From the NCBI GenBank assembly GCA_049792555.1, contig JBARBA010000557.1:1-38659 (forward strand): a stretch of DNA of 38,659 nt. Direction: 5' to 3'. Position numbers and translations under genes: made by a program. The notes under the pieces were generated by a model. The model saw nothing but the letters and a program-made list of their open reading frames with translations, ran no database searches and was not told where the DNA came from. The stretch comes from Anaerolineales bacterium. GTDB lineage: Bacteria > Chloroflexota > Anaerolineae > Anaerolineales > Villigracilaceae. Positions 24,611 to 32,900 of the stretch are shown here, piece after piece. Positions within the stretch are counted from its first letter, which is position 1. Each line of letters opens with the position of its first letter.

Positions 24611-27600
24611 ATGAAATTCGTCCTTTGTATTGACAATACCGGGTATGAAACCTCGCTTATCAAGCGAAAAGTGTATAAAGTCATCCCGGACGCGCCGGCA
24701 GAGAAAGATGACTTCATTCGCATCGTCGATGAACGCGGCGAGGATCATCTTCACCATACCAGTCATTTTGCTTTTATGGAACTACCGGCGGACGTCGATT
24801 ATTTGCCTGAACTCACGACCGGTGAAAAAGCGAGCGGTTATCCTGGCTATGTACATCGTTTTTGGGGTATCCTATGGGAAGAGCTGCAACGCTCTGCGCC
24901 GGGGGACAAATTTCTTTCCCAAAAGGCTTTAAGCTGGCTTCAAGATCATTCGCGTTGGGAAGACCCCGGTTGGACTTTCGTCTGGGAAATTCTACTTCAG
25001 TACCCGAAAAAGCTGCCCGAAGGCGTGACTGTCCAATCCATGGCCCAACTCGGCGTTCAATGGCTGGCTGGCAGAGAAGAAACAGACTCTTGGGAATTTG
25101 TCTGGGAAGCCCTGCTCCAGCACCCGGACGACCTGCCAGAAGGTGTGACCATCCAATCCCTGATCCAACTTGGTGTTCAATGGCTGGTTGGCAAAGAACA
25201 TAAAGACGCCTGGAACTTCGTCTGGGAAATTCTATTCCAGCACCCGGACGATTTGCCCGAAGGCGTGACCGTTAAATCCCTGATCCAGGCCGGCGTTCAA
25301 TGGCTGATTGGCAACGAAGACAAAGTCTCATGGTCTTTCGTCTGGCAAATTCTACTCCGGCATCCGGATGACCTGCCCGAAGGCGTGACCGCCCAATCCC
25401 TGGCCCAATTTGGCGTCCGCTGGCTGGCTGGCAACGAAGATAAAGCCCCGTGGTCTTTCGTCTGGCAAACCTTGCTCCGGCACCCAGACGAGCTTTCCGA
25501 AGGCGTGAATGTCAAATCCCTGATCCAGATCGGCGCTCATTGGTTGCCTGGCAGGGAACATACGGATTCCTGGAAATTCATTTGGGAAATTCTACTCAAG
25601 TACCCGGATGACCTGCCCGAAGGCGTGACCGTTCGATCCCTGATCCAACTCGGCCTTCAGTGGCTGCCTGGAAAAGAGGATAAAGACTCGTGGGATTTCG
25701 TCTGGCAAACCCTGCTTCAACACAAGGATGACCTGCCCAAAGGAGTGACCGTCAAGTCCCTTATCCAACTTGGCGTTCAATGGTTGTCTGGCAGGGAACA
25801 TAAAGACGCCTGGAGCTTCGTCTGGGAGGTTCTGCTCCAGCACCCGAACGACCTGCCCGAAGGTGTGACCTTCCGATCTCTGATCCAACGCGGCGCTCAT
25901 TGGTTGGCTGGCAAAGAAGAGAAAGTCTCGTGGGTCTTCGTCTGGCAAATCTTGCTTCAACACCCGAACAAACTGCCCGAAGATGTGACTGTCCAATCTT
26001 TGATCCAACTTGGCGTTCAATGGCTGCCCGGCAAAGAAGACAGCGACCAGTGGTCTTTCGCCTGGCGTATTGTGCTCGAACATTCGAATGACCTGCCCAA
26101 AGGCGTGACCGTCCAATCCCTGCTCCAACTCGGCGTTGAGTGGCTGACCGGTAAAGAAGATAATGACCAGTGGGATTTCGTCTGGCAAACCCTGCTTCAG
26201 CAGCGTCCGGACGACTTGCCCGAAGGCGCGACCGTCCAATCCCTGATCCAACTTGGCGCTCATTGGTTGCCCGGCAGGGAACATACAGACGCCTGGAAAT
26301 TCATCTGGGAAGCTCTACTCTGGCACTCGAACGACTTGCTTGAAAGTGTGGCCGTCCAATCCCTGATCCGGCTCGGCGTTGACTGGCTGGTTGGTAAAGA
26401 AGACAACGACCAGTGGTCTTTCGTTTGGCGCGCCCTGCTCGAACATCTGGACGACCTGCCCGAAGGCGTGACATCCCAATCCCTGGTCCAACTTGGCGTT
26501 GACTGGCTGGTTGGCAGAGAAGACAGCGATCAGTGGTCTTTCGTTTGGCAAGCTCTGTTTCAGCACCCGAACGACCTGGCTGGAGGCGCAACCGTTCAAT
26601 CTCTGACCCGACTCGGCAATCAGTGGCTGGTTGGCAAAGAAGAGAAAGACCCGTGGTCTTTCGTCTGGGAAATTCTGCTCCAGCACCCGAATGATTTACC
26701 AGAGGGTATGACCGTCCAATCCCTGGTCCAACTTGGCGCTCAATGGCTGGTTGGAAAAGAAGACAAAGACCAATGGGCTTTTGTCTGGCGTGTCCTGCTT
26801 GAACACCCGGACGACCTGCCCGAAGGCGTGAACGTCCAATCGCTGCTCCAACTCGGCGTTCAATGGCTGGTTGGTAAAGAAGACAAAGACCAGTGGTCTT
26901 TTGTCTGGCAAGTCCTGCTTCGGCGCCCAAACGACCTGCCCGAAGGCGTGACCGTCAAATCTCTGCTCCAACTTGGCAGCCACTGGCTGCCCGGCAGGGA
27001 AGACAAAACCTCGTGGTCTTTCATCTGGCAAATCCTGCTTCAGCACTCGAACAAGCTGCCCAAAAGCGTGACCGTCCAATTTCTGCTGCGATGCGGCGCT
27101 AAGTGGCTGTCCGGCAGGGAAGACAAAGACTCGTGGGCTTTCATCTGGCAAGTCCTGCTCGAATACCCGAATGACCTGCCTGAAGGCGTGACCGTTCGGT
27201 CTCTCATCCAACTCGGCAGCCGTTGGTTGGCCGGCAAAGAAGAGAAAGACCAATGGTCTTTCATCTGGCGTATTGTGCTCGAACACCCGGACGACCTGCC
27301 CGAAGATGTGACCGTTCGATCCCTGGTCCAAAGCGGCGCTCAATGGCTGCCCGGTAAAGAGTGTAAAGACGAGTGGGATTTCGTCTGGCAAAGCTTGCTC
27401 CAACACCCGGACGACCTGCCCGAAGGTGTAACCGTCCAATCTTTGATCCAACTCGGCGTTCAATGGTTGCGGTTGCCTGTCAGGGAACATACAGACGCCT
27501 GGGACTTCGTCTGGGAGGTTCTGCTCCAGCACCCGAACGACTTGCCGGAAGGCGTGACCGTCCAATCCCTGCTCGAACTCGGCGACCAATGGCTGACCGG

Positions 27601-28804
27601 CAACGAAGAGATAAGTCAATGGTCTTTTGTCTGGCAAACCCTGTTCAACTTACGGGATAAATTCTCAATTCCTCTGGATGGCTTGTTAACCAAAGGAACG
27701 AATTGGCTTAAGAACCACCCATCTCGAAAGGATTGGAACTATATTTGGCGCGATATTCTTAATTGCCAATATCAGCTCGAAAACATTGTTTCGATCAAAG
27801 AATTGCTTGCGCTCGGCCAAACCTGGTTGAGATCGACTGCGAGCGATGACCAGTGGCCTTTTGTCTGGCGCACCCTGCTCAAACACTCGGATGATTTGCC
27901 CGAAGGCGTGACTTTCCAAGCCCTGATCCAACTTGGCGTTCAATGGTTGCCCGGCAGGGAAGATAAAGACTCTTGGGAATTTATCTGGGAAGTCCTGCTC
28001 CTGCACCCGGGTGACCTGCCCGAAGGTACAACCGTCCAATCCCTGGTCCAACTCGGCGCCCAATGGCTGGCCGGCAAAGAAGATAAAGCCCCGTGGTCTT
28101 TCGTCTGGCACTTCCTGCTCCGACACCCGGATGAACTGCCCGAAGGCGTGACCGTGCAATCTCTGCTCCAACTCGGCGTGGAATGGCTGGCTGGTAGAGA
28201 TGATAAAGAGCAGTGGCCTTTCGTCTGGCAAATTTTGTACTATCGAAAAAAACTGCTTAAGAAAAACGACGCCAATGATCTATTCCGCGCCGGTGTGCAT
28301 TGGCTCATGTATCGCAAAGGCAGGGATAAGGAGTGGAGCATTATCTTTGAAGATTGCCTGCAAAACGGGATACTGGAACCGAGGCTCCTGAGAATGGGCG
28401 CCAGGTGGATTATCGAAAACGCCAAACGCTCCGAGGCGATTGGCCTTGCGTTAATCATTGCAAGACATTACGAGAAGTTGGAGCCAAAAGAACGAAACGA
28501 GCTTCACAAATGGATCAAAGATTGGGTCTACAAGACGGATTATAAAAGCCTGCAATGGACTTATGGCTGGGAGGCATACTGGCAAATGATGCCCACCGTC
28601 GAAACCGTTGATTTGGCCCTCAAATGGATCGAGATAAGCCCGGAAAATATCGGAAGCGCGAGTTGGTTGATCAACAAGCTTTTCGAAACAAGGCGATCGG
28701 ATGTCATTCAGAGAGTTGCCGTGTGGCACAGCCATCACCCCGACCACCCGGTTGCCGGAAAAATAGAAAGAAAACTACGAAAAATTCCAAAGCCTGCTGA
28801 GTAG
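24611..28804 (+). CDS. 1397-aa cytoplasmic protein built almost entirely of tandem 40-aa Trp-rich helical-type repeats (no family recognised)
   Basis: Single uninterrupted ORF, no signal peptide. Unique N-terminal domain of about 80 aa (MKFVLCIDNTGYETSLIKRKVYKVIPD...). About 27 consecutive units of consensus WsFVWqiLLqHPdDLPEGVTVQSLIQLGvQWLxGKEDKDx follow, then degenerate units to the C-terminus. Confidence 0.8.
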   Translation: MKFVLCIDNTGYETSLIKRKVYKVIPDAPAEKDDFIRIVDERGEDHLHHTSHFAFMELPADVDYLPELTTGEKASGYPGYVHRFWGILWEELQRSAPGDKFLSQKALSWLQDHSRWEDPGWTFVWEILLQYPKKLPEGVTVQSMAQLGVQWLAGREETDSWEFVWEALLQHPDDLPEGVTIQSLIQLGVQWLVGKEHKDAWNFVWEILFQHPDDLPEGVTVKSLIQAGVQWLIGNEDKVSWSFVWQILLRHPDDLPEGVTAQSLAQFGVRWLAGNEDKAPWSFVWQTLLRHPDELSEGVNVKSLIQIGAHWLPGREHTDSWKFIWEILLKYPDDLPEGVTVRSLIQLGLQWLPGKEDKDSWDFVWQTLLQHKDDLPKGVTVKSLIQLGVQWLSGREHKDAWSFVWEVLLQHPNDLPEGVTFRSLIQRGAHWLAGKEEKVSWVFVWQILLQHPNKLPEDVTVQSLIQLGVQWLPGKEDSDQWSFAWRIVLEHSNDLPKGVTVQSLLQLGVEWLTGKEDNDQWDFVWQTLLQQRPDDLPEGATVQSLIQLGAHWLPGREHTDAWKFIWEALLWHSNDLLESVAVQSLIRLGVDWLVGKEDNDQWSFVWRALLEHLDDLPEGVTSQSLVQLGVDWLVGREDSDQWSFVWQALFQHPNDLAGGATVQSLTRLGNQWLVGKEEKDPWSFVWEILLQHPNDLPEGMTVQSLVQLGAQWLVGKEDKDQWAFVWRVLLEHPDDLPEGVNVQSLLQLGVQWLVGKEDKDQWSFVWQVLLRRPNDLPEGVTVKSLLQLGSHWLPGREDKTSWSFIWQILLQHSNKLPKSVTVQFLLRCGAKWLSGREDKDSWAFIWQVLLEYPNDLPEGVTVRSLIQLGSRWLAGKEEKDQWSFIWRIVLEHPDDLPEDVTVRSLVQSGAQWLPGKECKDEWDFVWQSLLQHPDDLPEGVTVQSLIQLGVQWLRLPVREHTDAWDFVWEVLLQHPNDLPEGVTVQSLLELGDQWLTGNEEISQWSFVWQTLFNLRDKFSIPLDGLLTKGTNWLKNHPSRKDWNYIWRDILNCQYQLENIVSIKELLALGQTWLRSTASDDQWPFVWRTLLKHSDDLPEGVTFQALIQLGVQWLPGREDKDSWEFIWEVLLLHPGDLPEGTTVQSLVQLGAQWLAGKEDKAPWSFVWHFLLRHPDELPEGVTVQSLLQLGVEWLAGRDDKEQWPFVWQILYYRKKLLKKNDANDLFRAGVHWLMYRKGRDKEWSIIFEDCLQNGILEPRLLRMGARWIIENAKRSEAIGLALIIARHYEKLEPKERNELHKWIKDWVYKTDYKSLQWTYGWEAYWQMMPTVETVDLALKWIEISPENIGSASWLINKLFETRRSDVIQRVAVWHSHHPDHPVAGKIERKLRKIPKPAE
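24971..28213 (+). repeat. In-frame tandem repeat of about 120 bp, about 27 units (coding)
   Basis: Units are 40 aa except one of 41, one of 42 and one of 38. Units 23-24 (27620-27853) are strongly divergent. The antisense frames are also open because of the repeat composition. Confidence 0.9.
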
Positions 28805-28876
28805 ATGTCCGCATAATCTGAACGAATACCCTGGCGGGCGCGCGTCCGCGTTCTCTTTTCCACATGTGCGGTAGAG

Positions 28877-28924
28877 AAAAAAACTTCCGAAGTCTCTGTG
28901 CGAGGCTGCGGAAGTTTTGGTTTT
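28877..28924. terminator. Bidirectional intrinsic terminator between the repeat-protein gene and the convergent 120-aa gene
   Basis: AAACTTCCGAAGTCTC-TGTGC-GAGGCTGCGGAAGTTT has 15/16 paired (including one G-U). It is flanked by an A-run on the left (a U-run for the minus strand) and TGGTTTTGG on the right. Confidence 0.65.
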
Positions 28925-28949
28925 GGCGTGGATGGTGAATGGTCCTGGC

Positions 28950-29312
28950 TCAGGAGGTTGGCGTTGTTGGCGGCGTGGCCGTTTTCCTGGCCGGTTTCTT
29001 CTTTTCAGACAGGCGCGTGCCGCCCACCAATTCATATTGTGAAGAGTTGTCGCCGTAGATGCCCTTGATCCCGTTGCGCACGCGCTTGAGCATATCCCAG
29101 AGATTGTCGAGCAGCGTGACGCGTTCATTGCTCAGGTCGGTCACTTGCTTTTCGGCTGTGGTGAGCTGCTTTCGGTTGGCGACCGCCAGGTTGAAGGCCT
29201 CTTCCAACGTCGCCAGGGAAATATCGCCGATTTTCAAGTCCGGGTTGATTTTCTGCAAGGCTTGTATGGTATCTTCGGCTTCTTGAATAATATCGTGTTT
29301 CGGCATAATCAT
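28950..29312 (-). CDS. Hypothetical 120-aa protein, predicted helical/coiled-coil with a basic P/T-rich tail
   Basis: AAAGGAGAAT SD just before the ATG at 29312. Sequence ...QALQKINPDLKIGDISLATLEEAFNLAVANRKQLTTAEKQVTDLSNERVTLLDNLWDMLKRVRN..., ending KKKPARKTATPPTTPTS. No motif recognised. Confidence 0.6.
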   Translation of the reverse strand: MIMPKHDIIQEAEDTIQALQKINPDLKIGDISLATLEEAFNLAVANRKQLTTAEKQVTDLSNERVTLLDNLWDMLKRVRNGIKGIYGDNSSQYELVGGTRLSEKKKPARKTATPPTTPTS

Positions 29313-29367
29313 TCTCCTTTTGAATGGTTTCGGCCCGCTTCCCGCATGGGAGCGGTTTGATAAACAA

Positions 29368-29397
29368 ATTATGCACCCATCCTGATTTAACTGTCAA
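29368..29397 (-). promoter_or_regulatory. Near-consensus promoter for the 120-aa gene
   Basis: The minus strand reads TTGACA-(18 nt)-CATAAT. The -35 lies 32 bp from the first unit of the 21-bp array. Confidence 0.5.
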
Positions 29398-29428
29398 GAT
29401 ATCGCGCCCTTACATTTTCCAAAGGTGC

Positions 29429-29710
29429 GGACGTAACGTCCCGGACACTGGACGTAACGTCCTTTGCGCCGGACGTAACGTCCTTTTGGCTGGATGTAAC
29501 GGCGCGGACACTGGACGTAACGGCGCGGACGCCGGACTCAACGTCCTTTTTGCTGGACGTAACGACGTGGATGCTGGATCAACGACTTTTGCGCCTGATG
29601 TAACGTCACGAGTGCTGGACGTAACGACTTTTATGCTAGACGTAACGGCGCGGGCGCTGGACGTAACGGCAAGAATGCCAGACGAAACGGCAAAGCTTCT
29701 GTGCGAAACG
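29429..29710. repeat. Tandem array of 14 units of 21 bp (one unit 20 bp) with conserved core GGACGTAACG; palindromic GGACGT-A-ACGTCC in units 1-3
   Basis: Unit starts are 29429, 29450, 29471, 29492, 29513, 29534, 29555, 29576, 29596, 29617, 29638, 29659, 29680 and 29701. The core is conserved, the 8-11 nt spacers vary, and the last units are degenerate. Confidence 0.92.
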
Positions 29711-29970
29711 AGCAAAGATGCCACGCGCGAGCGCCCACCAGGCGCGCTGACCGTTAGAACGGGTGTATGTAATGATTGCCAGTGTGGATGTGTTGGTCGT
29801 GAGGGTAGATCAGCGCCCCAACGTTTACCAAGAACCCTTGCAAATCTGATTGTCTATATGAATTCAGTACACTTGCCTATTCCCTTTTAGCTCGCGAATC
29901 TGTACAATGTATACACCAATCGCGCCAGTCTCAAACTGGGAATTCTTGTTCATCAATGTCGGAGGGAACC

Positions 29971-32900
29971 ATGCGCACGAAAAACAAAATCTCGTTGATA
30001 CACAAAAGTCTTTATGGAATTATGTTACTGGGGCTGTTCCTTGCTACCGTTAGCACTCCCGGTTTTTCAACCGCGCGTGCGCAGCAGGTGGCAACTGCCG
30101 TGCCTACAACTCACACACACGAAGTAGACACTTTAACTCCCACGCCTGATATATCGCGTAATTTACCGGGAATAGTGGGCGGAGATCAAGCTACCCCAGG
30201 CGAATGGCCGTGGCAGGTGGCTATCGTATTTAATTCTGCGACAAATATATATAATGGTTTTACTTGCGGTGGTTCGTTGGTTGGTTATCAATGGGTGCTT
30301 ACGGCTACTCATTGTGTAATTCACCGTGATAAAGACGGTCATAAAATAGGATATTTGCGCCCAGACGAAATAGATATAATTGCAGGGATATATGATTTAA
30401 AAACCCCCGCTAGCGGGTATCAACGTCGGCATGTGAGCCAGATTATTGTGAATGATCTTAACTATAGTGATGTTCCAGACGATAATGACATTACCTTGCT
30501 GAAATTGGATAGCCTGATAACAATCGGCGGGAGTGGCGCAACCAGAACGGCGATTATTCCGCTTGTGCCATCTACTATAGGTAGCTTAATAGGTATTGAT
30601 TCATGGGTTACCGGCTGGGGAAAAACTACGCCACTAATCATTCCCACTCCCACTCCGCAACCTTCGCAAACTCCGCCGCCTTCGCAATTAGTATCGCAAT
30701 TTTTGCTTAAAGTACAACTACCAATTCGTGCCAATGCAATATGTAATGATAGCTCTCATTACAATGGACATATAACAGACAACATGTTATGCGCTGGTTT
30801 AGACGCTGGGGGTCATGATTTTTGTAATGGCGATTCTGGTGGCCCATTGGTGATTGATAATGGCGGAGGCGGAAACTGGAATTTAGCAGGCATAGTTTCT
30901 TTTAGCGGGGTCTCTAGGAGTATGAACATGGATTGCGCCGTGCCAAATTTGGAAGGAGTATATACACGAGTATCCAGATACGTCGACTGGATACGTAGCT
31001 ATGTTCCTCTTTGTGGCGCTCTCCTTAACATCACTACGCAGGGAGGTGGAACAGCCACCTCGTTTGGTTCTAATACATCAGGTTGTCCCTACCGTGAGGT
31101 TACAAGCGGACCCACAGTCACCTTGATGGCTCCAGCCGATTCAGGCTGGTCTTTCTCACATTGGATTGGCGCGAGTGGGGGGGCGAGCACAAATTATACA
31201 GTCACAGGCCCTGCAACTGTTACGGCTGTGTTTACGCAGGATGGCGGCTCTGACACAACGCCTCCCACCGGTTCATGGACAAGCCCCGGCAATGGGCAGA
31301 CTATTTCCGCGCGAACGGTTAACCTGACCGTTAACGCCAGTGACAACTCCGGCGGCAGCGGGGTCAGGGAAGTGCGCTGGAGCGCCAAATGGAATAATCA
31401 ATGGTCCAACATTGGCGCGGATAGCGTATCGCCTTATTCCATCACCTGGGATATGTGTACTTCTGACGTTCCCAATGGCGACGTTGAATTGGGAATGGAA
31501 GTATGGGACAACGCCAATAACCAATGGGTGTATAGCGAACATTACACAAATTACCACATCAACAAAAATTACACCTGCACTGCCAATGGAACAACCAACT
31601 GGTCAACGAAATATTACAACGGCCACGACCACTGGTCGGATACCAATAACTTTAACGGTCAGATGTGTGAAGAAACCATTAATAGCATCGGTTTGGAAAA
31701 AAATTACGGCTCTGCTGCGCCATGCAATAATGGCGTGTATGATAACTGGGTGGCTGAATATAATGGCACCATCAATTTTGCGCCTGGAAATTACGTCTTC
31801 CAGGTTCAAAATGATGATGGTCTTAAAATGTGGGCAAATGGGGCGGATGTTGTTAGTCGAGGCGGAAGTGACAGCCCATCCTATGCTTGCCCTGCCCATT
31901 ACTTCAGCGGCAACGTACCCATTCGGGTGATTTTGAATGAGGAAGCCGGTGACGCCCAAGTCAAAATCGGATGGACTACGGATACAAGTGTATGTAATTT
32001 GCCGGATGTCTTCAATAAAGCCAACCCATCAGATGGCACAGCATTCCAATTAACCAGTCCGGTGTTGGAATGGGGTAGCAGCAATGGTCAGAAAGATTAT
32101 GCTTATTGCGTCGACACATCCAACAATAATAATTGTGACACAGGCTGGCAAGGTGTTGGTAATGTCACCAGTACATCGTTAAGCAATCTTGCAGTCGGAA
32201 CTTATTATTGGCAGGTACGCGCCCAAAATGTTGGGGGAGAAACCTACGCTAATAACAATACATGGTGGTCGTTTACCGTGCAACCTGAATCAACGGTTCC
32301 ATCTGCAAATTTTGAAGCATTCTCGTTAAGTGGCATGGCTCCACTCACAACAACTTTCCATATTCTTAATATGGCGAATATCACGTATTGCTTCTGGGAT
32401 TATGGTGATGGTCAGACTAGCGAAACCTGCACTGAGATTCACGACCATACATATACCAATACAGGTTCGTATACCGTGGCTCTATGGGTAAATGGTCCCA
32501 ACGGACATGATTTTACGTCTCAAACAGACTATATTAATGTTCTTCCTCCTCCTGATACGGAGCCACCCACCGTTTCATGGACTGTGCCAACTACCGATAA
32601 ACAAGTTTATGATGTTGCAAACCAAATCATTCCGCTTGGAGTCGGTGCGAGTGATAATGTGGGAATCTCATCGGTTGTTTTCAGTCGTTGGGATTATGCC
32701 AACCAGGTATATGTTAATATCGGAACTATATCCATGTCCCCTTATCGCGTCAATTTTGACACGAGTGCGCTCTTACCAGGCTGGAATGAAATTGATGCTA
32801 ATGCTTATGATTCGGCTGGTAATTCTGCTTTTAGTTATATCTTTCTAAATCATGTTAGCCCAATTACAAAAACTATCTCTTCTGTCGCCGCTCAAGACGG

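Noticed and set aside
24971-28213. 120-bp tandem repeat as a CRISPR array or non-coding satellite
   Set aside because: There is no repeat-spacer alternation. The units are contiguous and in frame (40 codons each) within one 1397-codon ORF, with codon-level conservation of a helical motif.
24992-28231. Long minus-strand ORFs across the repeat gene (25592..26284, 26301..26930, 26696..27637, 27686..28231)
   Set aside because: They are open only because the repeat unit lacks stop codons in the antisense frames. They have no independent start or SD context, and they break wherever a unit diverges.
29429-29710. 21-bp array as a CRISPR array
   Set aside because: A 21-bp period leaves no room for spacers, there is no leader/repeat/spacer architecture, and no cas genes are nearby.
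29324-29890. ORFs 29324..29890 (+) and 29410..29724 (-) translating the 21-bp array as heptad peptide repeats
   Set aside because: The single 20-bp unit shifts the repeat out of phase, yet the DNA core stays conserved. Conservation is concentrated in a 10-13-bp core rather than at codon positions. No SD is present, and the plus ORF also overlaps the neighbouring gene's promoter.
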